Assembly (NCBI GenBank): GCA_035997625.1
Contig: DASYIM010000092.1
Coordinates: 51,793 to 115,792, forward strand
From: Gemmatimonadaceae bacterium
GTDB lineage: Bacteria; Gemmatimonadota; Gemmatimonadetes; Gemmatimonadales; Gemmatimonadaceae
Length of the DNA: 64,000 nt
Reading direction: 5' to 3'
A program made the position numbers and the translations under genes. This document shows, piece after piece, positions 21,732-32,653 of the stretch (positions are counted from its first letter, which is position 1; every line of letters starts with the position of its first letter). The notes below the pieces were generated by a model that was given only the letters and a program-made list of their open reading frames with translations, did not search any database and was not told the origin of the DNA.

Positions 21732-22355
21732 GTGAGCCCTTTCGTAGACCTGGCACAAGCCCTCGGTGTCGCGTACGCGGCGGGCATCAATGTGCCAGCC
21801 ACCATCGCCATACTCGGCCTCGCCCAGCGCTCGGGGTGGATCGGCCACCTTCCAGCAGGCCTGGATGTAGTTGGCAACCCATGGATTCTCGGGCTGGCCA
21901 GCGCCATCTACGCGGTCGAATTCCTGGTCACGCTCGTCCCCGGTGTCGCCAGCATTTGGGAGACGATCCAGATCTTCGTCCGGCCCATTGCGGCGGCGGT
22001 GCTGGCCGCGGCCGCTGTCTATCACCTCGATCCAAAGCTGACGGTGCCGGCCGTTCTGCTGGGCGGTGGTCTGGCGGCGACGACTCACGGAGCCAAGCTC
22101 GGATTGCGCTACGCGGTCGATGTCTCGCCCGAGCCGTTCACCAACGCCATCGCCAATTTCGCCGAGCTCGGAACGATTGCAGCTGTGGCTGTCGCCGTCT
22201 GGCACCATCCCTTCCTGACGCTCGGGCTCGCTCTCGCTCTGTTGGTGGTGCTGATACTCGTGGTCAGACGGATTGTGCTGACGCTGCGGCGGCTCCTGTC
22301 GGGCGACTGGTACCTCGCCGGAAAACAGACAAAGGAGCCCCCCGCGCCCGGATGA
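21732..22355 (+). CDS. DUF4126 family membrane protein
   Basis: AYAAGIN, VSPEPFTNA motif, several TM segments; start uncertain. Confidence 0.8.
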   Translation: MSPFVDLAQALGVAYAAGINVPATIAILGLAQRSGWIGHLPAGLDVVGNPWILGLASAIYAVEFLVTLVPGVASIWETIQIFVRPIAAAVLAAAAVYHLDPKLTVPAVLLGGGLAATTHGAKLGLRYAVDVSPEPFTNAIANFAELGTIAAVAVAVWHHPFLTLGLALALLVVLILVVRRIVLTLRRLLSGDWYLAGKQTKEPPAPG

Positions 22356-22402
22356 GCGGCGGCCATGTGCCGGAGTACCCCGCGGCTTCGTAAATTTGCG
22401 CG

Positions 22403-23212
22403 GTGCTCACCGCGAGGAAGTCTTCGGACCTGGCGCGAGACGCGCTCACCGGCGCCATCCTCGGGACGCTATGCGCCGTCGGCATGTACCTGTTGGGAGT
22501 CCAACAACTTTTGCGGCGGCCTGAACTCAGTCTCTTTCTCGCGTTAACTATAGTAGGCGCGTTATTGGGAATGACGCGGCTGCGCCCACTTCTCTGGGTC
22601 GCTGGCGGCATACTCGCCGTGCTCTGCCTTGGCGTTGCGTACACTCCGCTCGCCGCCAACGCCGCAGCGCCGTTCATTCGGCGCGATTCGATTCCTGCCC
22701 GCGTCGATGCGATCGCCGTCCTGTCGATGGGCGGCACTCCCGACGGACTGATGCGCTCGGAGACGCTTGATCGGGTGTTGACCGGAATCGGCCTGACCAG
22801 ACGCGGGCTATCGGACAACATGATGATCTCCCGGGAAACGAGATCGTTTGGCGGGAACTACGTCTCGGATTCCGCCGACCTCGCGTCGATTACTCGCATG
22901 GCCGCGCCCCAGGCCTCGATCTCGTTTGTCGACTCCATCAGGACGACCCGAACCGAGGCGCTGAGGATGCTGAAGATCGCGCGCCCGCGGGGCTGGAGCA
23001 CCCTAGCCGTGGTGACATCCCCGCTGCACACGAGAAGGGCCTGTGCTACTTTCGAGGCGGTCGGCTTCAAGGTTGTTTGCGTGCCCGCGGTGGTGCGCGG
23101 GTCAGGGCTGGTGCCCAACAGCAACGCGGAAGACCGATTTCGCGCCTTTCGACTGTGGCTCTACGAGACTTTCGCGACAGACACCTACCGCAGACGCGGC
23201 TGGATCAAATGA
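22403..23212 (+). CDS. YdcF/DUF218 family membrane protein
   Basis: TTRTEA and VVTSPLHTRRA motifs; N-terminal TM helices. Confidence 0.85.
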   Translation: MLTARKSSDLARDALTGAILGTLCAVGMYLLGVQQLLRRPELSLFLALTIVGALLGMTRLRPLLWVAGGILAVLCLGVAYTPLAANAAAPFIRRDSIPARVDAIAVLSMGGTPDGLMRSETLDRVLTGIGLTRRGLSDNMMISRETRSFGGNYVSDSADLASITRMAAPQASISFVDSIRTTRTEALRMLKIARPRGWSTLAVVTSPLHTRRACATFEAVGFKVVCVPAVVRGSGLVPNSNAEDRFRAFRLWLYETFATDTYRRRGWIK

Positions 23213-23245
23213 GCGTGTCAACCTGAAATCAGGGGGCTTTTCGCA

Positions 23246-24637
23246 ATGACATCTGGCGTGCCGACTGCCGGCTCCTACGCAGCGTCCGTCAACAACCGAG
23301 GCGCCGAGACACGCGGAATCTGGAAGGTCATCACTGCATCGTCAGTCGGCACCATGATCGAGTGGTACGACTTCTACATATTCGGCAGCCTCGCCGCGAT
23401 CATCTCGACCCAGTTTTTCCCTGGTACGAATCCGACGGCGAGCTTTCTCAAAACGCTGGCGACTTTCGCCGTCGGCTTTGCGGTGCGTCCGTTTGGCGCG
23501 CTGGTGTTTGGTCGCATCGGAGATCTCACCGGAAGAAAGTTCGCTTTCCTGACGACTCTGTTGATCATGGGCGGATCCACGGCGGCTATCGGATTCCTGC
23601 CGAGTTACGGGCGCATCGGCATCGCGGCTCCGATCATCCTCGTGATCCTGAGATTGTTGCAGGGACTCGCTCTGGGGGGCGAGTACGGCGGCGCGGCGGT
23701 GTACGTCGCCGAGCACGCCCCGGACGGTCGCCGTGGCTACTACACGAGCTTTATCCAGACCACTGCCACACTTGGCCTATTCGTGTCGCTGGCAGTTATT
23801 CTCATCGTCAGAGCCATCGTCGGCGAGGATGCATTCAAAGTCTGGGGCTGGCGGGTACCGTTCATCCTCTCGCTGCTGCTTCTGGCAATCTCGTACTACA
23901 TCAGGGTGCGACTCCGTGAGTCGCCGCTCTTTTCGATTCTCAAGGAAACCGGAAAGACTTCGCGTGCGCCGATTAAGGAAAGCTTCGGCACCTGGTCGCG
24001 GTGGAAGATCTTTTTCACCGTTCTGTTCGGCGCCGCGGCGGGACAGGCGGTGGTCTGGTACACCGGTCAATTCTACGCGCTCCTGTTTTTGCAAACCGTG
24101 CTGAAAGTTCCGCTCGTCACGTCGTACGTTTGCGTAGCGGTAGCGTTGGCGCTCGGCACGCCGCTGTTCGTTTTCTTCGGGGGCTTGTCGGACCGGATCG
24201 GCAGGAAGAAAATCATGATGGCGGGCAATCTCCTGGCCGCACTCCTTTACGTTCCGATTTACCACGCCATGAAGTTCTACTCGAGCCCCGTCAATCCAGT
24301 CGCGCTGACGGCGCTGGTGTTCGTTCAGGTGGTATTCGTGACGATGGTGTACGGCCCGATTGCGGCATTCCTCGTCGAGGCGTTTCCGGCCAGGATTCGT
24401 TATACGTCTTTGTCGTTGCCGTATCACTTTGGCAACGGCTGGTTCGGCGGATTCCTGCCGATAATCGCCACCAGCCTGGTGGCGCGCACCGGCAACATCT
24501 ACGCGGGCCTCGCATTTCCCATAGTGGTTGCGCTCATAACATTCGTGGTTGGATCGCTGCTGCTCCGCGACCAACACAACGAAAGCATTTGGGTCGAGGT
24601 GAGTGATCCGGGCAGCTCGCCTGTTTCAGCGGTCTGA
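23246..24637 (+). CDS. MFS transporter, MHS family
   Basis: IEWYDFYIFG, RLLQGLALGGEYGGA, SDRIGRK. Confidence 0.93.
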   Translation: MTSGVPTAGSYAASVNNRGAETRGIWKVITASSVGTMIEWYDFYIFGSLAAIISTQFFPGTNPTASFLKTLATFAVGFAVRPFGALVFGRIGDLTGRKFAFLTTLLIMGGSTAAIGFLPSYGRIGIAAPIILVILRLLQGLALGGEYGGAAVYVAEHAPDGRRGYYTSFIQTTATLGLFVSLAVILIVRAIVGEDAFKVWGWRVPFILSLLLLAISYYIRVRLRESPLFSILKETGKTSRAPIKESFGTWSRWKIFFTVLFGAAAGQAVVWYTGQFYALLFLQTVLKVPLVTSYVCVAVALALGTPLFVFFGGLSDRIGRKKIMMAGNLLAALLYVPIYHAMKFYSSPVNPVALTALVFVQVVFVTMVYGPIAAFLVEAFPARIRYTSLSLPYHFGNGWFGGFLPIIATSLVARTGNIYAGLAFPIVVALITFVVGSLLLRDQHNESIWVEVSDPGSSPVSAV

Positions 24638-24652
24638 TTCGGAGTTGCGCCA

Positions 24653-25546
24653 GTGATGACGATTGTTGCCGGGCTGCTGCTTCTCGCGGCGCAAGGCCCG
24701 GACTCGGTGCGCGATCAGATCGAGCTGCGGATCGCACAGGATTCAGGCGCGTACGTCGGCCTCGCCTACGTCGATCTCGGCTCCGCGGACACTCTCTTCC
24801 TCAACGCGGACACGAGCTTTCACGCCGCGAGCACGATGAAAGTTCCGGTCATGATCGAGCTGTTCCGTCGCGCCAGCACCGGCTCTTTCAGGATGGATCA
24901 GCGACTGATGATGGTCAACCAGTTCGCCTCGCTGGTGGATGGCTCGCCCTACTCGCTGGACGCCGGGTCGGACAGCGATTCAACCCTCTACAAGCATATC
25001 GGCGAGCGTGTGCGCGTTGACAGTCTGCTACGGCTCATGATCACGCGGTCGAGCAACTTCGCGACCAATACGCTCATCACACTGGTTGGCGGCGAAGCGG
25101 TGACGAGGACGATGCGGGAGCTCGGAGCGCAGCGGATTCAGGTGCGTCGCGGAGTGGAAGACGGGAAAGCGTTCGAAAAAGGACTGAATAACACGGCGAC
25201 GGCGCGCGATCTGGCGATCATCCTTCGCGCAATACAGGAGGGGAGGGCAGCCTCGCCGTCTGCGACCAGAGAGATGCTGGGCATTCTCCTCGCCCAGGAG
25301 TTCAACGAGAAGATTCCCGCCGGCCTGCCGCCCGGAGTTCGAGTTGCTCACAAGACCGGTGAAATCACGGCCGTGTCCCACGATGCGGCGATCGTCTACC
25401 CACCGGGCAAAAGTCCATATGTACTGGTTGTGCTGACCCGCGGCCTGGCCGACGGCGCCAGGTCGGCCAGATTGATCGCGGACATATCCTCACTGGTTTA
25501 CGCGCACAATGCGGCGCGTCATCCGTCGCTACGTTCCGGAAACTGA
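24653..25546 (+). CDS. Class A beta-lactamase-like serine hydrolase
   Basis: SxxK (STMK), SxN (SSN), KTG; signal peptide. Confidence 0.85.
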   Translation: MMTIVAGLLLLAAQGPDSVRDQIELRIAQDSGAYVGLAYVDLGSADTLFLNADTSFHAASTMKVPVMIELFRRASTGSFRMDQRLMMVNQFASLVDGSPYSLDAGSDSDSTLYKHIGERVRVDSLLRLMITRSSNFATNTLITLVGGEAVTRTMRELGAQRIQVRRGVEDGKAFEKGLNNTATARDLAIILRAIQEGRAASPSATREMLGILLAQEFNEKIPAGLPPGVRVAHKTGEITAVSHDAAIVYPPGKSPYVLVVLTRGLADGARSARLIADISSLVYAHNAARHPSLRSGN

Positions 25547-26434
25547 ATGAAAATCGCTTTTATCGGACTCGGTGATATTGGCGAGCCAATGGCTTCGCAC
25601 CTGGCGCGTGAACCGTTCGACCTCGCGGTTTGGAACCGGACGGCGTCGAAGGCCGACGAATTCGCCCGCAACCACACGGCGCGCGTTGCCTCGACTCCCG
25701 CGGACGCAGTCCGTGACGCCGCCGTGGTGATAACGTGTCTACCGTCTTCGGCAGAAGTGGAAGCGGTACTTCACGGCGAGAACGGGATTCTAACTTCTGT
25801 TCGCAAAGGATCGGTTCTCATCGACTGCACATCCGGTGACCCTCCAACTTCGCGCTCGATAGCGGCGGAGCTCGGCGGACGCGGCGTCGAGTTCATTGAC
25901 GCCCCGGTTAGTGGAGGGACCACGGCTGCCAAGGCAGGCACCCTGACGGTGATGTGGGGCGGCGAGGCGACGGTGTTCGAACGAGTTCGTCCGGTGATTG
26001 AAGCGTTTGGCAAGAAGATCGTCCACGCTGGACCTGTCGGGTCAGGAGACGCCCTCAAGGCGGTCAACAACGCTCTGCTGGCTGTCCACATACTCTCGAC
26101 GGCCGAGGGTCTGGCGATCCTTGTCAAAGCGGGCGTTGATCCACGGGTCGCGTTGGAGGTGATCAACGCTTCGAGTGGTCGTTCGAACACCTCGGAAAAC
26201 CTGATCCCGCAGAGAGTCCTTACCCGGGCATTTCCGCGGACGTTCCGGTTGGCCCTGCTGGAGAAGGACATCGGCATCGCGGCGGTGATGGCCCACGATC
26301 TGAATGCAAAAACACCCCTGATTTCGCTGGCCGCGGAGCGGTTTCACGAGGCGCGGGAGAAGCTTGGCGAGAGCGCCGACCATGTCGAAGCCGTGAAGAT
26401 CGTCGAAGAGGAAAACGGCCTGGAGATCAGGTGA
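25547..26434 (+). CDS. 3-hydroxyisobutyrate dehydrogenase-family NAD(P) oxidoreductase
   Basis: FIGLGDIG, DAPVSGG, KAVNN, KD motifs. Confidence 0.9.
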   Translation: MKIAFIGLGDIGEPMASHLAREPFDLAVWNRTASKADEFARNHTARVASTPADAVRDAAVVITCLPSSAEVEAVLHGENGILTSVRKGSVLIDCTSGDPPTSRSIAAELGGRGVEFIDAPVSGGTTAAKAGTLTVMWGGEATVFERVRPVIEAFGKKIVHAGPVGSGDALKAVNNALLAVHILSTAEGLAILVKAGVDPRVALEVINASSGRSNTSENLIPQRVLTRAFPRTFRLALLEKDIGIAAVMAHDLNAKTPLISLAAERFHEAREKLGESADHVEAVKIVEEENGLEIR

Positions 26435-26455
26435 GACCCTAAGGACCTGGCTGGA

Positions 26456-27052
26456 TCAGCCCCGGTTCCGCAGGGCGGCACGATCGACTTCGGCAATGCG
26501 TTGTGCCGCAAGGGACGGATCTATGACGGGGGCCACTTCCTCATCGTCAAGTGCCGACGTCCACTGAGCTCGTTCGACCACTTTCTCGCCCCCCGGCACG
26601 AGCATCCCGAACTCGATCTCAGCGCGGCGACAAAAGCGTTCCTGCCTGGCCCGATCTTCCATCTCCAGGGGGAAGCCAAGCGCGTGTAGTCGAGCGTGCA
26701 TCGCTTCGTGGAGAATCGTGGCGGCGACCTCGGCGTCAGAGAACTCGGGGTTCACGCTAAAGGTCAGCTCGACGAGACAGGCACGCTGCTCGTGAAAGTA
26801 GGCGCCACGGCAGGCGAAGCGCTTCACGATGATGAAGTTGAAGTCTCGCGCCAAGTCCCGAAAATGGTGCGGGACGTACATTTCGATGAGAGACAAGGCC
26901 CGCTCCAATCTGGCGACGACGTCCGGCGTTCTGATATCTGGCCGACTATTGTCGATGACGACCGGAAGGCCCAACACATTGAACTCGCCTACCGTCGACG
27001 GCGACAGCTCCCGCAACAGTTTTCTCAGTCGGTCGAGCACGGCGCCCCTCAT
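26456..27052 (-). CDS. Hypothetical protein with HExxH zincin-like motif
   Basis: ILHEAMH followed by QERFCRRAEIEF; fills the gap between 26434 and pyrR; start uncertain. Confidence 0.7.
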   Translation of the reverse strand: MRGAVLDRLRKLLRELSPSTVGEFNVLGLPVVIDNSRPDIRTPDVVARLERALSLIEMYVPHHFRDLARDFNFIIVKRFACRGAYFHEQRACLVELTFSVNPEFSDAEVAATILHEAMHARLHALGFPLEMEDRARQERFCRRAEIEFGMLVPGGEKVVERAQWTSALDDEEVAPVIDPSLAAQRIAEVDRAALRNRG

Positions 27053-27111
27053 CCGAAAACGGGTTGATTGGTCTTCAATTAAGTATCGCCTCCCGCCATA
27101 TTTGTGCACCA

Positions 27112-27660
27112 ATGGCTACGAAAACAACGACGGTCCTCGACGCCCGGGCCGTCGAACGGACCTTGAAGCGGATGTCCGTGGAGATTGTCGAGCTCAACGG
27201 CGGTACGGACGACCTCGTCATCGTGGGAATTCAGCGTCGCGGAGTTCAGCTCGCGGACCGGCTGGTGAAGATGATCGAGGGTGGTGAGGGAGTTACGGTA
27301 CCACAGGGCTCGCTCGATATCACGCTTTATCGCGACGACCTCCAAACCGTCGGACCGCGACCCGTCGTCGGCCCCACGTCCTTGCCCTGGGAGATCGACG
27401 GAAAGCACATCGTCATCGTAGACGATGTCCTTTACACCGGCAGAACTGTCCGGGCTGCGCTCGACGAGCTCGCCGATTTTGGGCGGCCGGCGTCTATTGC
27501 GCTGGCGGTGTTGATCGATCGCGGTGGACGCGAGCTGCCGATCCATGCGGACGTCGTCGGCAAGAAAATAGACGTTGCCGACGACGAGCGCGTCGACGTG
27601 ATGGTGGCAGAGCTCGACGATCGCACCGAGGTAGTAATAGTGCCCAAGTCAGCGGCGTGA
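27112..27660 (+). CDS. pyrR: Pyrimidine operon regulator / uracil phosphoribosyltransferase PyrR
   Basis: [29 protein letters not shown]. Confidence 0.95.
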   Translation: MATKTTTVLDARAVERTLKRMSVEIVELNGGTDDLVIVGIQRRGVQLADRLVKMIEGGEGVTVPQGSLDITLYRDDLQTVGPRPVVGPTSLPWEIDGKHIVIVDDVLYTGRTVRAALDELADFGRPASIALAVLIDRGGRELPIHADVVGKKIDVADDERVDVMVAELDDRTEVVIVPKSAA

Positions 27661-28634
27661 CGGGAACGCTCGGCAAGGACCTCCTTGGGCTCGAATCACT
27701 GACGGGCGAGCAGATTCGCCTCATTCTCGACACCGCCGAGCCGTTCAAGGAGATCAGCGAGCGGGCGATAAAAAAAGTGCCGGCGCTGCGGGGCTCAACC
27801 ATCGTCAACCTGTTCTTCGAGAACTCCACCCGCACCCGCATCTCGTTTGAATTCGCCGAGAAGAGATTGTCGGCGGATACGGTGAACGTTTCGGCGAGCG
27901 GCTCGAGCGTGTCGAAAGGCGAGACACTGGTCGACACCGCGCGCAATCTGGAAGCGATGCGAATCGACATGGTCGTGATCCGGCATTCGGCTTCGGGGGC
28001 GGCGAAGTTCCTGGCGGACCGTATTCAGTCGAACGTGATCAATGCCGGCGACGGCACCCACGAGCATCCAACCCAGGGTTTGCTCGACATACTCACTCTG
28101 CGCGACAGACTCGGGGACCTCAAGGGGAGGCGCATCTGCATTTGCGGGGACATCCTGCACTCGCGAGTAGCGAGATCGAACATCTGGGGTTTGACCAAGC
28201 TTGGTGCCGAGGTAGCCGTCTGTGGTCCCCGCTCTCTTTTACCCAATGCGATCGACGAGTTCGGAGTTCAAGTCTTTGATCGAATTGAGGAAGCGATCGA
28301 ATGGGCCGACGCTCTCAACGTCTTGCGGCTGCAATTCGAACGGATGACGGCCGGCTACATTCCGTCCGCGCGCGAATACAATCGCGTCTTCGGGGTCACT
28401 CGTGAACGCCTCGAGAGAGGCAAGCGAGACATTCTCATCCTGCATCCGGGTCCGATGAATCGAGGAGTCGAAATAGACTCGGATGTCGCCGACGGGCCGC
28501 ACAGCGTAATCCTCGACCAGGTCACGAACGGAGTCGCCGTGCGCATGGCTGTTCTTTATCTGCTCGCCGGCGGCAAGCCGGAGCTCGCGGAGGCGGCGAA
28601 GGGTGGAAGCGGACGCCGCGAGGAAAGAGAATGA
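27657..28634 (+). CDS. pyrB: Aspartate carbamoyltransferase catalytic subunit
   Basis: [19 protein letters not shown]. Confidence 0.96.
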   Translation: MTGTLGKDLLGLESLTGEQIRLILDTAEPFKEISERAIKKVPALRGSTIVNLFFENSTRTRISFEFAEKRLSADTVNVSASGSSVSKGETLVDTARNLEAMRIDMVVIRHSASGAAKFLADRIQSNVINAGDGTHEHPTQGLLDILTLRDRLGDLKGRRICICGDILHSRVARSNIWGLTKLGAEVAVCGPRSLLPNAIDEFGVQVFDRIEEAIEWADALNVLRLQFERMTAGYIPSAREYNRVFGVTRERLERGKRDILILHPGPMNRGVEIDSDVADGPHSVILDQVTNGVAVRMAVLYLLAGGKPELAEAAKGGSGRREERE

Positions 28635-29959
28635 AGCCCGTCTTTTTAAATGGCGGGACGCTGGTGGATCCTTCGCAGCGACTCAACGAAATCGGTAATC
28701 TCCTGATCGTCGACGGTGAGGTCGCGAGCATTGGCCGGATCGAGGCGCCCGATGACGCGGAGGTGATTGATTGCGCAGGCCTCATAGTCTCTCCCGGCTT
28801 CATCGACGTGCACTGCCATCTCCGGGAGCCGGGCCGGGAAGACGTCGAGACGATAGCGACGGGCGCGCGCGCTGCCGCCGCCGGCGGGTTTACCGCTGTG
28901 TGCGCCATGCCCAACACCGACCCGGTCACTGACAATCAGGCAGCGGTCGGCTTCATCGTTCGGCAGGCGCAGCGAGCAAAGGCGGCGCGTGTATATCCGA
29001 TCGGCGCGATCTCCGTCGGCCAGGAAGGAAAGGTGCTCGCCGAGTTCGGCGAGATGGTTGGGGCGGGCGCCGTCGCTGTCAGCGATGACGGAAAGCCCGT
29101 CGCCAGCGCTCAATTGATGCGGACCGCGCTGGAGTATGCCCGTACGTTCAAGATCCCGGTGATCGATCACTGCGAAGAACCAACTCTGTCCGCCGGCGGT
29201 GCGATGAACGAGGGCATCGTCAGCGCGCAGCTGGGACTCAAGGGAATACCAGCGGAAGCCGAAGAGATAATGGTGATTCGCGACATTCTACTCGCACGAC
29301 TCACCGGTGGTCACGTGCATCTGGCGCACATGTCTACCAAAGGATCCGTCGAGTTGATTCGCTGGGGCAAGGAGCGGGGAATCAACGTCACCGCCGAAGT
29401 CTGCCCGCACCACCTGTCGCTGACGGAGGAGCGCGTCAGAGGCTACGACACCAACGCCAAGATGAATCCTCCGCTGCGCACCCAGAAAGATGTCGAGGCC
29501 CTTCGCGAGGCGGTGAAGGACGGGACGATCGATCTGGTCGCGACCGATCACGCGCCGCATCACTACGACGAGAAAGAGCGCGAATTCGCAGATGCTCCAA
29601 ACGGGATCGTCGGCCTGGAGACCGCTCTGGCCGTCATCATTACCAACCTTGTCGAGCCGGGCCATCTGAGTTTTCCAGATCTGGTCGATCGCATGGCCTG
29701 CACGCCCGCGCGAGTCTTCAATCTACCCGGCGGAACTCTGAAGCGTGGTTCTGCGGCCGACGTCACCGTCTTCGATCCGGGGGCGCGCTGGAAGGTTGAC
29801 GCCTCGCAGTTCGCCAGCAAAGGGAGGAACAGTCCGTACAATGGAATGACCCTCGTCGGGCGGTCCGCTTGTACTATTGTGGCAGGGTCGGTCGTCTTTC
29901 GATCGGGAGTCCCCGTCCGCGGGCAGGAGGGGGAGAGGATGAATCGAGTCAGGGGATGA
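28631..29959 (+). CDS. pyrC: Dihydroorotase
   Basis: [27 protein letters not shown]. Confidence 0.95.
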   Translation: MKPVFLNGGTLVDPSQRLNEIGNLLIVDGEVASIGRIEAPDDAEVIDCAGLIVSPGFIDVHCHLREPGREDVETIATGARAAAAGGFTAVCAMPNTDPVTDNQAAVGFIVRQAQRAKAARVYPIGAISVGQEGKVLAEFGEMVGAGAVAVSDDGKPVASAQLMRTALEYARTFKIPVIDHCEEPTLSAGGAMNEGIVSAQLGLKGIPAEAEEIMVIRDILLARLTGGHVHLAHMSTKGSVELIRWGKERGINVTAEVCPHHLSLTEERVRGYDTNAKMNPPLRTQKDVEALREAVKDGTIDLVATDHAPHHYDEKEREFADAPNGIVGLETALAVIITNLVEPGHLSFPDLVDRMACTPARVFNLPGGTLKRGSAADVTVFDPGARWKVDASQFASKGRNSPYNGMTLVGRSACTIVAGSVVFRSGVPVRGQEGERMNRVRG

Positions 29960-29965
29960 TGGACG

Positions 29966-30805
29966 ATGGCTGATAAAGAGCCAGTCTCGCTGGACGCGCT
30001 CAACGGACTTCTAAAAGAAAGACAGAGATACGAGGAGTGGCTTGCCGCGCTGGAGCAGAAGCGGGCGGAGACTTCCGAATCCGTATTTGCTCGCGTCCAC
30101 GGCGACTACAATACTCGTCTCCGCGAAGTCTCGAGCAAACTGGCGGAGCGCGCCGGTGAGCTGCGCGAGACCATCGTCACCCTCAGCGCCCGGCTGGAGG
30201 AGATCTCGCGGCAGGAGCTGCAGCAGCGCGAGGCGCGTCAGGAGGCAGAGCTGCGTGCCGCCGTCGGTGAATACACCGACAAGCAGTGGAAGGAAATCGG
30301 CGGAGCATGGGACAAGGAGCTGAACAGGCTCGTCAAGGAAAAAAGCGTCCTCGAGGTTCAGCTCACGGAACTGAATCGGATCTTCGCACTCAGCATGAAA
30401 GAGAAGCAGGCGGGCGCGATCTTCAACCGGACGGGCGCGGAGGATGGCATGCGGGCGCCGGTCTCACCGGTGGTTCCTCGACCCGCCATTCCGGAGCCGC
30501 CGACACTGAATCCACCGAGCCGTATCGAGCAGCCCGTCGTTTCGCGGGCGCCGACACCGAGCGCGTCGAGCCCGGCGAATCGAACTCCCTTCGATGAGTT
30601 CCCGGTTTTGAGACCGGGAACGGGAACCGCGTCACCACCTTCGACAACGGCCGTCGCAACCCCGCCCTCAGTGCCCAGGAGCGGAGGATCCCAGGATCCA
30701 CGGTCGGAGCAACACAAGACCCTCAAGTGTCCCGAGTGTGGCGCGGCCAACTACCCGACCGAGTGGTATTGCGAGCGATGTGGCGGAGAGTTGGCCACGA
30801 TGTAA
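29966..30805 (+). CDS. Coiled-coil protein with Pro-rich linker and C-terminal zinc ribbon
   Basis: Heptad-rich N-terminal half; CPECG...WYCERCG. Confidence 0.75.
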   Translation: MADKEPVSLDALNGLLKERQRYEEWLAALEQKRAETSESVFARVHGDYNTRLREVSSKLAERAGELRETIVTLSARLEEISRQELQQREARQEAELRAAVGEYTDKQWKEIGGAWDKELNRLVKEKSVLEVQLTELNRIFALSMKEKQAGAIFNRTGAEDGMRAPVSPVVPRPAIPEPPTLNPPSRIEQPVVSRAPTPSASSPANRTPFDEFPVLRPGTGTASPPSTTAVATPPSVPRSGGSQDPRSEQHKTLKCPECGAANYPTEWYCERCGGELATM

Positions 30806-30836
30806 GAAAGGGCGCCCTTGGCGCCCTTTCTTTTTT
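30804..30836. terminator. Bidirectional intrinsic terminator
   Basis: AAGAAAGGGCGCC-CTT-GGCGCCCTTTCTT then a T-run, between convergent genes. Confidence 0.9.
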
Positions 30837-30845
30837 CCAGCGGAT

Positions 30846-31079
30846 TTACTTTGCCGCTTTCCTGGCGATACGGCTCTTGTGACGAGCCGCGGCGTTCTTG
30901 TGAATTAGCCCTTTGCGGGATGCGCGGTCGAGCAGCTTGACCGCGGTCAGCCTGTCTTCAGCGCTGCCCCCGGGGGCGCGCTTGAGCGCGGTGCGGAGCG
31001 CGGACTTCTGGGCGCGGTTGCGGATCGCAGCGGCGCGTGATTTCCGCATGTTCTTTTTGGCTGAAGCAAGATTTGGCAC
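30846..31079 (-). CDS. rpsT: 30S ribosomal protein S20
   Basis: PNLASAKKNMRKS...KGLIHKNAAARHKSR. Confidence 0.95.
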   Translation of the reverse strand: MPNLASAKKNMRKSRAAAIRNRAQKSALRTALKRAPGGSAEDRLTAVKLLDRASRKGLIHKNAAARHKSRIARKAAK

Positions 31080-31214
31080 TAACTGAATTCTCCCGGTGTT
31101 TTTTGCTGGTGTGTAGCCGTGAAACTTGCCCAGAAAAGAGGCTCACGTCAAGCTGCCGAACCTGCTCGGACGTGCTAACTTCCACCGCAGATCGACCACT
31201 TCAGCCCCGCCAAA

Positions 31215-31901
31215 TTGGATAAATCGGTTCAACAGTTCCTCCTCGTCGCGCCTGTGTTGCTGTTCTCGATGGTTGCGCACGAGTATGCGCATGGCTACGC
31301 GGCGCTCAAACAGGGAGACAGTACCGCATACTCTCTGGGCAGACTGACCTGGAATCCCTTGCCGCATATCGATCCGTTCATGACGATCCTGCTGCCGCTG
31401 ATTACCTACTTCACGGCGGGGATCGCGTTCGGTGGCGCCAAGCCGGTTCCCGTCGTTCCCCGGAATTACAGGAACTTCAAGAGAGGCGACATCATCGTCT
31501 CGCTGGCGGGAGTGGCGACGAATTTCGTGATCGCGATCTGCTGCATCCCCCTCATCATCCTGGTCGGCCTCATTGGGAGAATGGTGCCGGCGCTGTCGAA
31601 TACCGGGGCGATTCTTCAGGCGATGCTCCTTTACGGAGTGCTGATCAACCTCGCGCTGGCCGCCTTCAATCTGATCCCGATTCCGCCGCTCGACGGCTCG
31701 CACGTGTTCAAGTACATCCTCCCGCCGGCCTGGGCGCTCAATTACCAGCGTCTCGGCGCACGCGGATTGCTTATACTTTTCCTGTTGATTGGCTTCGGAT
31801 CGCCGGTACTGAATTTCTGGTTCGCGCCAGTTTTCCTGCTGAGTAGACTCGCTACACGGGCTGTTTTCCCCTTTATCCTGCCCAGTCCATGGACGATGTG
31901 A
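31215..31901 (+). CDS. Site-2 protease (M50)
   Basis: HEYAH; FNLIPIPPLDGS. Confidence 0.92.
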   Translation: MDKSVQQFLLVAPVLLFSMVAHEYAHGYAALKQGDSTAYSLGRLTWNPLPHIDPFMTILLPLITYFTAGIAFGGAKPVPVVPRNYRNFKRGDIIVSLAGVATNFVIAICCIPLIILVGLIGRMVPALSNTGAILQAMLLYGVLINLALAAFNLIPIPPLDGSHVFKYILPPAWALNYQRLGARGLLILFLLIGFGSPVLNFWFAPVFLLSRLATRAVFPFILPSPWTM

Positions 31902-32653
31902 CGATGCGCTCGAGCTCAGTTGCCGTCGCCGATCCGGCGGCGTCGGAGGTCTTCGTCGTCGAGCTCGCCGAGTACTCGGGTCCCCTCGATCTCCTGCTCA
32001 CGCTGATCCGCGATGAGCAGATCGACATCTACGACATTCCAATCGCGCGCATCGCCGAGCAGTTCCTGGCGAGGATCTCCTCGCTCAAGCTCGACGAAGC
32101 CGCCGATTATCTGGAGATGGCGGCGAGATTGGTGCGCATCAAAGCCCAGATGCTGCTGCCGCGACGCGAAGGCGAAGATGTGTGGGAAGACCCGCGCGCC
32201 GAGCTGGTGCGGCGGCTGCTCGAGTACCAGCAGGTGAGAGAGGTTGTGGACGTCCTCGAGAAACGGAGCGAGGAACGGCGGTCTCGTTTTGCCAGGGCAT
32301 ACACACAGTCGGCCGTCCAGCTGCCGGTTGCCGGTCCTTTGACCATCTCGCTGCCCGAGCTGCTCTCGGCGGTTGATCGCGTGCTGCGCCTCGCGCGCAA
32401 GCCGCATGTCCACGACGTCGTGCCGCGCGCGCTGGACGTGGATGGAGCGATTGGAATCGTCAGAGCGCTGCTCGCCATCCGCGCCCACGCCCAGTGGAAG
32501 GACATCCTGCCGCGCAAGGCGGAGCCCTGGGAGGTGCTGTCACTGCTGCTGGCTCTCCTCGAGCTGGCCAAGCGCGGCGAGCTCAGGTTGGCGCAGCCGC
32601 GCGCCTTTGCCGCCTTCGAAATTACCCGTGACTCCTCTAGCGAAGCTGCTTGA
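31889..32653 (+). CDS. scpA: Segregation/condensation protein A
   Basis: GPLDLLLTLI..IDIYDIPI; DPRAELVRRLLEY. Confidence 0.93.
   Translation: MDDVTMRSSSVAVADPAASEVFVVELAEYSGPLDLLLTLIRDEQIDIYDIPIARIAEQFLARISSLKLDEAADYLEMAARLVRIKAQMLLPRREGEDVWEDPRAELVRRLLEYQQVREVVDVLEKRSEERRSRFARAYTQSAVQLPVAGPLTISLPELLSAVDRVLRLARKPHVHDVVPRALDVDGAIGIVRALLAIRAHAQWKDILPRKAEPWEVLSLLLALLELAKRGELRLAQPRAFAAFEITRDSSSEAA

Noticed and set aside
27053-27111. PyrR attenuator leader
   Set aside because: No PyrR-binding loop or terminator visible and the spacer is too short
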